This document shows positions 1-8,558 of a DNA stretch of 52,768 bases, piece by piece. This DNA comes from Candidatus Nomurabacteria bacterium RIFCSPHIGHO2_12_FULL_37_29. GTDB taxonomy: Bacteria > Patescibacteriota > Minisyncoccia > Phycocordibacterales > UBA9973. Below the pieces are notes generated by a model, which worked only from the letters and a program-made list of their open reading frames with translations, did not search any database and had not been told where the DNA came from. The position numbers and the translations under genes were made by a program. The DNA lies in assembly GCA_001785675.1 (NCBI GenBank), contig MFUJ01000013.1, forward strand, positions 1 through 52,768, read 5' to 3'. The stretch's first letter is position 1. Each line of letters begins with the position of its first letter.

Positions 1-2019
1 AATTACTTCTCCGGTGGTGTAACTTCCGTTTGCTTTGTCAGAAGAGACATTGGTGATGGTGGGGGGGGTGGTGTCGCAGTCGGTAAAGAGCCAGCCTGAA
101 TTTCCTCCTCCGTCTGTAGAATGACTTCCTGCATGAAATGTGGCTCCACCAGAAACTGTCACATTAGTGATGGTTAGATAGTCAAGACAATTTGTTCCGC
201 TTGCATCAGAAATAGTTTCTGCTCCGCCGCCGGCTACGCCGGAGAGGAGTACTACATTCCCAGATGATGCGGTAGTGGTAATACTGGATACAGTTTGAGT
301 TGAACCTGTACCAATAATCAATCCTTCCTCTTCGGTGGGATTGTTGAGAGCTAGGATGTTAAAAGTATTATTCCCGGTTATGGTTACGTCATCTCCCGTA
401 ATAGTCAGGTTGTTATAAGTTTCCCCCGCACCCGCGAAAGTCTTAGCCGTAGCCGTGGTGTTGGAAATAACAATAGTAGATGTTTCTTCGTTTAAAGTCG
501 TACCCGAAGTTGACCATCCCCACGCGGTAGACACAGAAGTTGCTGTCCAGGTTCCCGAACCCATAGTAACAACCTTTGTCGCGGAACCGCTTATAGAAAT
601 TCCGCTTCCCGTCACGTTAAAATCATTAGCGTCAAAAGTTCCGTTGGAAAAAATTATCGTACTCGCGGAATCATAAGCGTCCAGCAAAGTGAGCGTCCCG
701 CCGACCATTTGAACAGTTATCGCCCTGGCATAAGTAACCCCAGCGTTGGTGAGGGTAAAAGCGCCTCGCCCCTGAAATACTCTGCCGTTTGAACCGGCTA
801 CAGTCATACCGGAGTCTAAAGTCAAAGAGCCATAGATTATGTTATTATAACCCTCATTCGGCACTGTCCAAGTTGGATTATCCGTGCCGACCGCGGAAAA
901 ATCTATATTCTTCCCTGACCTGGGCATGTTAGATGTAACTGTAAAGCCGGTAGTGGAAAAAGAGTTAGCGTCAAAAGTAGCGTCATCCTGCGGCAAGGGC
1001 ACCCTGCCATTAGCCGCCCCGCCGGAAGAAGTAGACCACTCGGCCGCATCATTCCAATTGCCCGTATCCCCTATCCAAAAGTTCTCATCAGCTGTGGTAA
1101 AAGTAATGTCCGTGTTTCCCCCGGCATCCCCGCAAAGCCCGGTGATAGCCGAACAGTCATAAGCAGTGGAAAGGTCTATGTCCACAAAGTCCACGTTGCT
1201 CCAAGTCATAGTCGCCCCGGTGTTTGTAATAGTCCGGGTTGTGCCCAAAACACTGCTTTCAACCAGGAGCCTGTTTGTAGAACTATTGCCGGCAAGGGTA
1301 AGAATATTGGTTACTGTAATGTTTCCGGCAAGCGTCAGGACATCCAGTTTTGTGGCCGTTCCCGTGCGGGTGAGGTTATAGAAAGTAAGCGCGGCAGTAG
1401 GAGTAATTGTCTGGTCTGCGCCGCTCATGGTCACTGTTTGTAAATTAGCGTCAAAAATACCGGCGCTTAAAGAAAAATTTCCAGTGGTATTAAGTCCGTC
1501 CAAAAGCCTAAAAGTATCTCCAGTATTGCTAAAAGTAACATTGCCAAGAATCTTACCGCCGGTAGTAATATCGTTCGTACCAATACCTGTAAAACTAAAG
1601 GCTGACGTAGTAAGACTACCAGTAACATAGGTCATGCCCGCGACCATAAGCAAGGAGTCGCCATTCACATTTTGGCTGTCTATGGTTACGGTTACCGCCG
1701 TGTTATGGGTGAGCGTATTCGCGTAGCCTGTCATATCCAGAGAATTGACGGTAATACTCGCGGAAAGTGTAGAGTTGGAAGCCCCTGTTCCCACACCGTC
1801 AAAAAATACGTCATCTCCCGCACCTGGTACAGAAGCGTCGTCTTGGGTATTACTAGCCGTGCCCCAGTTGGTTGGAACTGTAGCATTCCAGTTAACGGAT
1901 GAGCCGCCCCCCACCCAATACCTATTCGCTGCCTCCGACACATTCGGAAGTATAACAACAAAGAAGGCTATAAAAAAGAAAGTGAGAAGGATTTTGCTGG
2001 ATTTATATTCTAATTTCAT
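1..2019 (-). CDS. Secreted beta-helix / PATR-like repeat surface protein, N-terminal 673 codons (C-terminus runs off the window)
   Basis: The reverse complement from 2019 reads ATG AAA TTA GAA..., giving MKLEYKSSKILLTFFFIAFFVVILPNVSEA (signal peptide) then ANRYWVGGGSSVNWNATVPTNWG. Hand translation of blocks 1-60, 301-360, 661-720, 901-960, 1261-1320 and 1741-2019 in this frame gave no stops. The protein is G/T/S/N-rich with recurring G-x-FDAN repeats. It is missing from the ORF track because it has no stop inside the window. Confidence 0.75.
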   Translation of the reverse strand, partial: MKLEYKSSKILLTFFFIAFFVVILPNVSEAANRYWVGGGSSVNWNATVPTNWGTASNTQDDASVPGAGDDVFFDGVGTGASNSTLSASITVNSLDMTGYANTLTHNTAVTVTIDSQNVNGDSLLMVAGMTYVTGSLTTSAFSFTGIGTNDITTGGKILGNVTFSNTGDTFRLLDGLNTTGNFSLSAGIFDANLQTVTMSGADQTITPTAALTFYNLTRTGTATKLDVLTLAGNITVTNILTLAGNSSTNRLLVESSVLGTTRTITNTGATMTWSNVDFVDIDLSTAYDCSAITGLCGDAGGNTDITFTTADENFWIGDTGNWNDAAEWSTSSGGAANGRVPLPQDDATFDANSFSTTGFTVTSNMPRSGKNIDFSAVGTDNPTWTVPNEGYNNIIYGSLTLDSGMTVAGSNGRVFQGRGAFTLTNAGVTYARAITVQMVGGTLTLLDAYDSASTIIFSNGTFDANDFNVTGSGISISGSATKVVTMGSGTWTATSVSTAWGWSTSGTTLNEETSTIVISNTTATAKTFAGAGETYNNLTITGDDVTITGNNTFNILALNNPTEEEGLIIGTGSTQTVSSITTTASSGNVVLLSGVAGGGAETISDASGTNCLDYLTITNVTVSGGATFHAGSHSTDGGGNSGWLFTDCDTTPPTITNVSSDKANGSYTTGEVI

Positions 2020-2035
2020 CTATTTAAATATAACA
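2020..2035 (-). promoter_or_regulatory. Extended -10 box abutting the start codon of the surface protein (leaderless-type)
   Basis: Coding-strand reading: TGTTATATT-TAAATAG-ATG (7-nt spacer). Confidence 0.5.
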
Positions 2036-2112
2036 TTTTATGCTTATAAAGATAGAGTGTAGGTACAGTAATGTGTGGATAATCAACTCAGAAGTTTTTT
2101 ACACTACCGAAA

Positions 2113-3618
2113 TTACTCTTCTAGTATATTAAAATCATCTCCTGTGTTAGAAACAATCCTCTTTTGACGAACAAAATAAACAGCGCCCGCAGAAGCTCCG
2201 ATAAAAACAATCGAAATGAGAGAAATAATTATTGGGTACATAACTCCAGAACCATCTTTTGTGACATCACTCTCTATAACTGAAGCTGATAAATTTTCAA
2301 TAGGGATTTGTCCGTTAAGGGCCCGTGCTTCCACTAATTGAACAGCCAGAGAATCTTGACTAGCAGATATTTTTGGTTGAATTGTGGTTTTAGTTTGTCC
2401 ACCCAGACTCGAGCTAGTCGAGACTAGAACAATCGGCAGGATAGAGGATGGATAATCAAATACCATCTCCCCCTGTGGTGTTATTAATCTTAAAGTATCT
2501 TTATCTAAAATAGAGAAATTAGTTATCTTAGCAGAAATAATTATTTTCTTTTTTGATCCGAGAATTGTATTTCTAGGCAAACTAAAACTTTTTTTATCAC
2601 TCGAAAGAATCCATTTTGAAATATCAGTATCATAATTAGTATTATTTGTTAACTCTATAAAGAAATCTTTTTCATTTCCCACCGCAGATATTACAACATC
2701 TGTTTTTACCACCTTGATCGTGATTTTCTGAGAAGCATCTGGAACATCTCCATAATAATTCATAAAATATTCCAGAGACAAAATATACTCTCCGGGATAA
2801 AAATAAGTATGACTGATTTTCTCTGCATCAACTATTTTCATTTCTTCTGAAATACCGTCACCGAAATTCCAAAAATATTTACCATAACGCAATTGTTCAC
2901 CACTTCGTCCTAAGATCACAGCCTGGAAACTTATAGGAAAATTAGCAAAAACCAAAGCTGGACTTGTGATCTCCACTTTGATTTTTTGTTCTTCTGTTAT
3001 TTTTGTATTCTTCTCTCCAGTATTTCCACCTGAGGCTGAAGAACTATCACTCGAACCACCAACAAGTGGTGAAGGAGGATCCATAGTCTCATTTGCAACT
3101 CCAGGTGTTGGCGTTACTCCTGACCAAATTCCTTCTATTTTCTGTAAAGAATTACCAGAATCTTTACTGCCTCCCAAGCTAGTGTCATAAATTAAAGAAT
3201 CACTTATCGTTTTATTTGTATCGGAAGCAATGGCAATATAAGTATTCTCAGCGCCATCTGGAAGAGAAAGAGTGGATGCGCTTAAAATCATGCCGGAAAA
3301 ATTTAACCAGACATAATCAGTAACAACCGATGGACTCTTAGCAATAATCGCGTATTCTGATGGTTCTAGTATGGTCGTATTGCCATTTCTAAGTGTTAAG
3401 GGTCCTGAAGGTGAACTTACTGCATCTTGACCATGAAAAAATCTCCAACCCTCTAAATCAACTAGGGTATTGCCGGAATTAAAAATCTCCACCCATTCAT
3501 AATTACTGCCACTCTGTGGTGCATACATAATTTCATTTATAACCACGTTTGCATACGTTAAATGAAATCCAGAGAAAAAAATAATACTTATAAAAAACAA
3601 AATTATTTTTTTAGACAT
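2113..3618 (-). CDS. Membrane-anchored lamin-tail-domain protein (LTD-PKD-LTD, C-terminal TM helix)
   Basis: N-terminal signal/TM segment. LTD motif VVINEIMYAP..YEWVEIFNSGNTLVDLEGWRF. PKD-like YFWNFGDGISEE...HTYFYPGEYILSLEY. Second LTD-like FFIELTNNTNYDTDISKWIL. C-terminal hydrophobic helix then RQKR. Confidence 0.8.
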   Translation of the reverse strand: MSKKIILFFISIIFFSGFHLTYANVVINEIMYAPQSGSNYEWVEIFNSGNTLVDLEGWRFFHGQDAVSSPSGPLTLRNGNTTILEPSEYAIIAKSPSVVTDYVWLNFSGMILSASTLSLPDGAENTYIAIASDTNKTISDSLIYDTSLGGSKDSGNSLQKIEGIWSGVTPTPGVANETMDPPSPLVGGSSDSSSASGGNTGEKNTKITEEQKIKVEITSPALVFANFPISFQAVILGRSGEQLRYGKYFWNFGDGISEEMKIVDAEKISHTYFYPGEYILSLEYFMNYYGDVPDASQKITIKVVKTDVVISAVGNEKDFFIELTNNTNYDTDISKWILSSDKKSFSLPRNTILGSKKKIIISAKITNFSILDKDTLRLITPQGEMVFDYPSSILPIVLVSTSSSLGGQTKTTIQPKISASQDSLAVQLVEARALNGQIPIENLSASVIESDVTKDGSGVMYPIIISLISIVFIGASAGAVYFVRQKRIVSNTGDDFNILEE

Positions 3619-3626
3619 AAATTTTT

Positions 3627-3656
3627 TCAGCCCTAGACTGATCCGCCTTGGGCGGA
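3627..3656 (-). promoter_or_regulatory. Tandem-hairpin 5' leader module, copy A (upstream of the LTD gene)
   Basis: Minus-strand RNA: TCCGCC-CAA-GGCGGA directly followed by TCAGT-CTAGG-GCTGA, ending 8 nt before the ATG at 3618. Geometry matches copy B at 26519-26548. Confidence 0.45.
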
Positions 3657-3667
3657 GAAATATATTG

Positions 3668-3682
3668 TGCTATTATTATACC
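3668..3682 (+). promoter_or_regulatory. Extended -10 box abutting the PfkB kinase start (leaderless-type)
   Basis: TGCTATTAT-TATACC-ATG (6-nt spacer). Confidence 0.45.
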
Positions 3683-3683
3683 A
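3675..3683 (-). promoter_or_regulatory. Extended -10 promoter TGGTATAAT driving the roughly 50-nt leader of the LTD gene
   Basis: The reverse complement of 3675-3683 is TGGTATAAT. There are 18 nt between the hexamer and the first hairpin, identical to copy B. Confidence 0.5.
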
Positions 3684-4678
3684 TGGAAAATAATTACGAC
3701 ATCATTGCTATTGGAGAAACTACTATAGATGCTTTTATTAGATTAAAAGATGCAAGCGTACACTGCGATGTCAATAAGGAAAATTGCCAGATTTGTATAG
3801 CCTTTGGGGCAAAAATTCCTTATGAATCGGTTACCGAAGTACCTGCAGTTGGAAATGCCGCCAATGCGGGAGTAGTAGCAAGCCGCTTGGGTTTAAAATC
3901 TGCTATAGTAGCTAATATCGGCAAAGACAGAAATGGCGACCTCTGCGTTGATTCTCTTAAGAAAGACAAAGTTTCTACTGAATTTTTATCCGTAAACATA
4001 GACAGAAGTACAAACTACCACTATATACTCTGGTTTGAAGATGAAAGAACGATCTTGCAAAAACATTCTGAATTTCCATATAAACTTCCTAGTATAGGAA
4101 ATCCAAAATGGATATATCTTACATCTCTCGGAGAGAAATCTATAGAATATCATAATGAAATTATGGAATATTTAAACAAAAATAAAGATATAAGGGTGGC
4201 CTTCCAGCCTGGAATTTTTCAAATAAAAATGGGTCACGAGAAATTAAAAAAAATTTACAGAAGAACGGAAATATTTTTCTCTAATATTGAAGAGGCAAAA
4301 ACTATTTTAAACATAGAAAACCATGATGAGATAAAAGATTTACTTAAAAAAATGCATGAGCTAGGCCCTAAAATAGTGGTACTGACAGATGGAATAAGGG
4401 GCTCTTATGCATACGACGGCAAAGAATTTCTATTCATGATTCCCTACCCCGACCCCAAACCACCACTCGAACGCACTGGAGCTGGAGATGCTTTTTCCTC
4501 AACCGTAGTTTCTGCAATAATCCTTGGGAAAACCTTGCCAGAGGCTCTCTCTTGGGGATCTATTAACGCTATGTCAGTAGTTCAAGAAATAGGAGCACAG
4601 AGAGGGCTATTGTCTAAAGAAAAAATCGAAGAATATCTAAAAAACGCGCCAGAAGATTATAAAACAAAGAAAATTTAG
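3683..4678 (+). CDS. PfkB-family carbohydrate kinase (ribokinase-like)
   Basis: DIIAIGETTIDAF near the N-terminus and the C-terminal TGAGDAF anion-hole motif. The ORF track starts at a TTG at 3665; I prefer the ATG at 3683 (MENNYDII). Confidence 0.85.
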   Translation: MENNYDIIAIGETTIDAFIRLKDASVHCDVNKENCQICIAFGAKIPYESVTEVPAVGNAANAGVVASRLGLKSAIVANIGKDRNGDLCVDSLKKDKVSTEFLSVNIDRSTNYHYILWFEDERTILQKHSEFPYKLPSIGNPKWIYLTSLGEKSIEYHNEIMEYLNKNKDIRVAFQPGIFQIKMGHEKLKKIYRRTEIFFSNIEEAKTILNIENHDEIKDLLKKMHELGPKIVVLTDGIRGSYAYDGKEFLFMIPYPDPKPPLERTGAGDAFSSTVVSAIILGKTLPEALSWGSINAMSVVQEIGAQRGLLSKEKIEEYLKNAPEDYKTKKI

Positions 4679-4806
4679 AAAAGAGTTTTTAGAATGTCTT
4701 GCGCAGGAGTTTAGAAAGCGTGTTGCTTATAGTTGTTATTTTCTTGAATGACGAGCAGAGCAGATTTTCAGCAGAAAATTATGTGTGCATTATAAAAATT
4801 ACTTTT

Positions 4807-5814
4807 CTAAATTTTCCTAGATAAAACTTTCCTCACCGCCTCTTTGATAGAATTTTTTCCCATACCGTAATGCTCCACAAGTTCATCCGGTGTGCCGGAC
4901 TGGCCAAATTCGTCCTGCACTCCTATAAATTCTATTGGCACAGGATAATTTTGCGCCAGAACTTCTGCCACCGTCCCTCCCATTCCTCCCATAACTTGAT
5001 GTTCTTCTACTGTTACTAATCCGCGCGTTTCTTTCACGAGCATTACAATAGCATCCACATCTATCGGTTTGATGCTAGAGAGATTCATGACTTTAGTTTT
5101 TATGCCTTCAGCTTCCAGTTCTTTTGCCGCGACAAGCGCGCGATACATTAGACTGCCCGTAGCAATTATCCCCACTTGCGCCAATCCCACATCGGGCATC
5201 CAATAAATTTCTGCTTTTCCTATTTGTACCGGAGTTTCCTCTGTGGTTATAATAGGTGTCTTTTCACGAGCCAGGCGTAAATATGCTGGCTTACTAGTCT
5301 TTGCTAATGCAAGTGTTATTTTTTTAGCTTCAATGGCATCACAGGGAGAAAGAACATCCATATTTGGTATTACCCGCATGAGAGCAATATCTTCGAGCGC
5401 TTGATGTGTGCCACCGTCAGGTCCAACAGAAATACCTGCATGAGAACCCACTATTTTTACAGGTCTGTCATTATAGGCAATCGTCGTTCTTATCTGTTCC
5501 CAATTTCTCCCCGGAGAAAACATCGCATAAGAAGAACAGAAGGGTATTTTACCCATGGCTGCCATGCCTGAGGCCACAGTCACGAGATTTTGTTCAGCCA
5601 CACCAATTTCCACAAAGCGCTCCGGAAACTTTTCTTTAAAAAAAATCATCTGAGTAGATTCTGTTAAATCTGCGCAAAGTGCCACAACGTTTTTATTTGC
5701 CTCTCCTGCAAGAAGCAACCCTTGCCCAAAACCTTTTCGGATAGGCACTTGCTCAACATCAAGATTGAATATTTTCGGATTTAATTTTAAATTTGGGTTT
5801 AGCATACAAATCAT
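4807..5814 (-). CDS. tkt: Transketolase, C-terminal (pyrimidine-binding) subunit of a split enzyme
   Basis: GFGQGLL, FVEIGVAEQNLVTVASGMA and SHAGISVGPDGGTHQALEDIALMR motifs. ATGA start/stop overlap with the upstream subunit. Confidence 0.9.
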   Translation of the reverse strand: MICMLNPNLKLNPKIFNLDVEQVPIRKGFGQGLLLAGEANKNVVALCADLTESTQMIFFKEKFPERFVEIGVAEQNLVTVASGMAAMGKIPFCSSYAMFSPGRNWEQIRTTIAYNDRPVKIVGSHAGISVGPDGGTHQALEDIALMRVIPNMDVLSPCDAIEAKKITLALAKTSKPAYLRLAREKTPIITTEETPVQIGKAEIYWMPDVGLAQVGIIATGSLMYRALVAAKELEAEGIKTKVMNLSSIKPIDVDAIVMLVKETRGLVTVEEHQVMGGMGGTVAEVLAQNYPVPIEFIGVQDEFGQSGTPDELVEHYGMGKNSIKEAVRKVLSRKI

Positions 5815-6686
5815 TGATGCTCACTTTTAATTTTTCCACCCAGAGTTCGCAGTTCTTTTAACGCATTTTCGTAATCTTCCTTCGCCTCCTTGGCGTTTAG
5901 GTCATAACCATGCCATTTATAATCCCGCTCAAATTCATGCACACCACGTCCTGGAATATTGTGTGAAATTATTACTGTGGGTTTTTCATACACCGCCTGC
6001 GCTTCTTCTACTGCTTCGTTTAATGCACGAAAATCATGACCCCCAACTTCTATCACATGCCAATTAAAAGCCCTCCACTTATCTGCCAATGGTTCAAGAG
6101 GCATGATATTTTCAGTGAAACCGTCTATTTGTATATTATTTCTATCAACGAGCGCAATTAAATTCCGAAGTTTATTTTTCCCTGCTAGCATTATTCCTTC
6201 CCAAGAATTCCCTTCATCCTGTTCACCATCAGACATAAAACAATAAATAAATCTATTTTTATCTTTCCCGTCCATCCTATCAGCCAAAGCCATACCCACG
6301 GCTTGCGAAAGTCCGAGACCAAGAGGTCCAGACGAAGTTTCAATATAAGGCAAATATTCTCTATGCGGATGCCCTTGAAGCCGAGTGCCAAATTTACGTA
6401 AAGTTTTTAATTCTTCAATCAAAAAATATCCGGCATGCGCCATCGTTGCATAAAGAACTGGACAAATATGCCCGTTACTAAGCACTAATCTGTCACGATC
6501 TTCCCAAGATGGATTCTTGGCATCGTGCTTTAGAATATGAAAATAAAAAAGTGTAAAAATATCCGCCATCCCGAGCGGCCCAGCCGTATGTCCACTACCT
6601 GCTTCTAACAACATCTCGATAATACTTTGCCTGATGTCATTTGCTTTGATTTCTAAATCTTTGATTTTTTCTTCAGACAGAAACAT
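5811..6686 (-). CDS. tkt: Transketolase, N-terminal (TPP-binding) subunit of a split enzyme
   Basis: GSGHTAGPLGMADIF, LSNGHICPVLYA and GPLGLGLSQAVGMA..MSDGEQDEG motifs. Confidence 0.9.
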   Translation of the reverse strand: MFLSEEKIKDLEIKANDIRQSIIEMLLEAGSGHTAGPLGMADIFTLFYFHILKHDAKNPSWEDRDRLVLSNGHICPVLYATMAHAGYFLIEELKTLRKFGTRLQGHPHREYLPYIETSSGPLGLGLSQAVGMALADRMDGKDKNRFIYCFMSDGEQDEGNSWEGIMLAGKNKLRNLIALVDRNNIQIDGFTENIMPLEPLADKWRAFNWHVIEVGGHDFRALNEAVEEAQAVYEKPTVIISHNIPGRGVHEFERDYKWHGYDLNAKEAKEDYENALKELRTLGGKIKSEHQ

Positions 6687-6699
6687 TACTCTGATTATA
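6687..6699 (-). promoter_or_regulatory. -10 box abutting the tkt N-subunit start (leaderless-type)
   Basis: Coding-strand reading: TATAAT-CAGAGTA-ATG (7-nt spacer). Confidence 0.5.
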
Positions 6700-6732
6700 C
6701 TCTATTTACAAACATTCCCAAAATAAAAGATA

Positions 6733-6747
6733 TGTTATAGTGTCTTT
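6733..6747 (+). promoter_or_regulatory. Extended -10 box abutting the start of the 114-aa ORF (leaderless-type)
   Basis: TGTTATAGT-GTCTTT-ATG (6-nt spacer). Confidence 0.45.
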
Positions 6748-7092
6748 ATGGAACAAGGACCGCCACAGGTACCCCCTACACCAGAACAAGAACCAATTCT
6801 AACTTTTGAAGAATTTATCTATCGTGACCCCGATGGTATACCTTATCATAGTAATTTCTGTTTGCATTTCATTGCTGGATTGTCTGGTGATACTTACAGA
6901 ACAACAAAATATTATAAAAAATTTGCATCTGAACATTCAGAAATAGCTACATTGCTATGCAAAGAAATACAAAATACGTGGGATAAATATAGCTACACTT
7001 TTAAATTGATAGAGCCTTTTGAGAAAGATCTTTATGAAGCCTATAAATTAATGCGCAGTTGTGGCGCTTCAGATCAGGAACTTTTCTCTTAA
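6748..7092 (+). CDS. Hypothetical protein (114 aa)
   Basis: ORF with a leaderless-type promoter directly upstream. No motif recognised. Confidence 0.5.
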   Translation: MEQGPPQVPPTPEQEPILTFEEFIYRDPDGIPYHSNFCLHFIAGLSGDTYRTTKYYKKFASEHSEIATLLCKEIQNTWDKYSYTFKLIEPFEKDLYEAYKLMRSCGASDQELFS

Positions 7093-7136
7093 AGATTTTT
7101 GTAGTTATTGGGTCTTGCTTAATAAGATACATACTT

Positions 7137-7331
7137 TTATTCATCACCCCGCAATTTATGACTTTTTCTAGGTGGATATGTTGGTTCTGGTTTAAAATCT
7201 GGATTAGCGGTATGAAAACGACACTCTTCAGTTTTATTATACATTGACAACTTTCTTTTACAGATAGTGCAGAATCTTATTTCCTCGTTTTGTTTTGGTT
7301 TTTTGCCTACTTCCGGTTCTTTTTCTTTCAT
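7137..7331 (-). CDS. Hypothetical small basic protein with a C-x2-C...C-x2-H zinc-ribbon-like spacing (64 aa)
   Basis: FCTICKRKLSMYNKTEECRFH. Possible -10 (TGATATGAT) 8 nt before the ATG. Confidence 0.4.
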   Translation of the reverse strand: MKEKEPEVGKKPKQNEEIRFCTICKRKLSMYNKTEECRFHTANPDFKPEPTYPPRKSHKLRGDE

Positions 7332-7358
7332 ATGATTTTATCATATCATTAATAATAA

Positions 7359-8081
7359 TTACAAACTTCTAAATTCTTCTATCGTGCCAATTATATCATC
7401 CGTATTGAAAATCGCCGAACCGATGACGAGGCGATCTGCTCCCGCATGGAGAAGCGTTGGAGCTGTTTTTAAATTAACTCCTCCATCAACTGAAATTATT
7501 AAGTCAGGGAATTTTTCTTTTAGTGTTTTTATGTGGTCTAAACATCTCTCATCAAAATCTTCACCCTGTACGCCCTCGTGATCAATTCCCATAATTTGAA
7601 CAAAATCAATAAACGGAATAAGTGAGAAAATATTTTCAATGGACATCGAAGGATTTATGGCAACACCTATTTGAATACTATCTCTTACATACATATCTAT
7701 ACCTTCTAAAAAATCTTTAAAACTTTCAAGATCTCCGACTGCTCCAAGGTGAAAGATTATTCTTCTAGAACCCAACTTAGTGTAAATATCAAAATTTTCA
7801 ACCGCATTTTCTACCATTAAATCAAGTTCAAAATCAACATCTTCCCAAAATGGCATTCCTTCTTTTTCATCTAAAATCCTGCGGAAATGTTCGTCTAGAT
7901 TATCGAATGAAAACGGCTCGCCCGTCCTTGCCTTGGCGAAGAAGGGCCATGTAGTGCTCTTTACATAAACTCCATCACAAATATCTATTTGAACAACAGG
8001 AACAATTTCGCGCACTAAAGCAATTTTATTTTTTAAATCCTCATAATTCTTTGGCAATACTGCTGGAATTATCTCATTCAT
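7359..8081 (-). CDS. rpe: Ribulose-phosphate 3-epimerase-like TIM-barrel protein (divergent, with an insertion)
   Basis: VQIDICDG (compare RPE HVDVMDG), LDLMV, ISVDGGVN and VIGSAIF. About 40 extra residues lie between the first two motifs. It sits in a PPP gene context. Confidence 0.65.
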   Translation of the reverse strand: MNEIIPAVLPKNYEDLKNKIALVREIVPVVQIDICDGVYVKSTTWPFFAKARTGEPFSFDNLDEHFRRILDEKEGMPFWEDVDFELDLMVENAVENFDIYTKLGSRRIIFHLGAVGDLESFKDFLEGIDMYVRDSIQIGVAINPSMSIENIFSLIPFIDFVQIMGIDHEGVQGEDFDERCLDHIKTLKEKFPDLIISVDGGVNLKTAPTLLHAGADRLVIGSAIFNTDDIIGTIEEFRSL

Positions 8082-8547
8082 GAATTTGGTCTATCTTCCC
8101 TAATCTACGAACATGCCTTTCATCTCCACTATAGGAAGTCTTGAGCCAAAGATTAACCACGTTCATCATTTCTTCTTCTGTTAAATACCTAGCCCCTAGA
8201 GATAAAATGTTGGCGTCATTGTGTTGTCTGGAACGAATGATTACATCTGCTTCATCATCCACCACAGATTCTGATTTGCCATAATAAACCACTGCTCTAA
8301 CGTTGGGAAATTTATTGGCAGTTATAGCTTCTCCTTGCCCAGTAGCTCCAATAATAATCCCTTTCGCATTATTTGAGTCTTTTGAAACAGCGCGGGCTAC
8401 TGGAATAACAAAATCCGGATAGTCGTCATGTTCATTGTATTCATACGCGCCTTTGTCTATGACTTCGTATTCTTGACCTTTTAGAGACAATAAAAGCTTT
8501 TCTTTTAGTCCATATCCCGCATGATCTGTGCCAATATAAATTTTCAT
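8074..8547 (-). CDS. rpiB: Ribose-5-phosphate isomerase B (RpiB/LacAB family)
   Basis: MKIYIGTDHAGYGLKEKL and GIIIGATGQGEAITANK. Confidence 0.9.
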   Translation of the reverse strand: MKIYIGTDHAGYGLKEKLLLSLKGQEYEVIDKGAYEYNEHDDYPDFVIPVARAVSKDSNNAKGIIIGATGQGEAITANKFPNVRAVVYYGKSESVVDDEADVIIRSRQHNDANILSLGARYLTEEEMMNVVNLWLKTSYSGDERHVRRLGKIDQIHE

Positions 8548-8558
8548 AATTTTTTTCT

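Noticed and set aside
455-2062. Five plus-strand ORFs of 67-105 aa from the track (455-676, 884-1162, 1166-1381, 1427-1630, 1745-2062), plus 1672-1902 (+) and 1731-1961 (-).
   Set aside because: They lie in mixed frames antisense to, or out of frame with, a continuous 673-codon minus-strand ORF that has a signal peptide and repeat structure. Their sequences are low-complexity V/P/S/L-rich. They are shadow ORFs.
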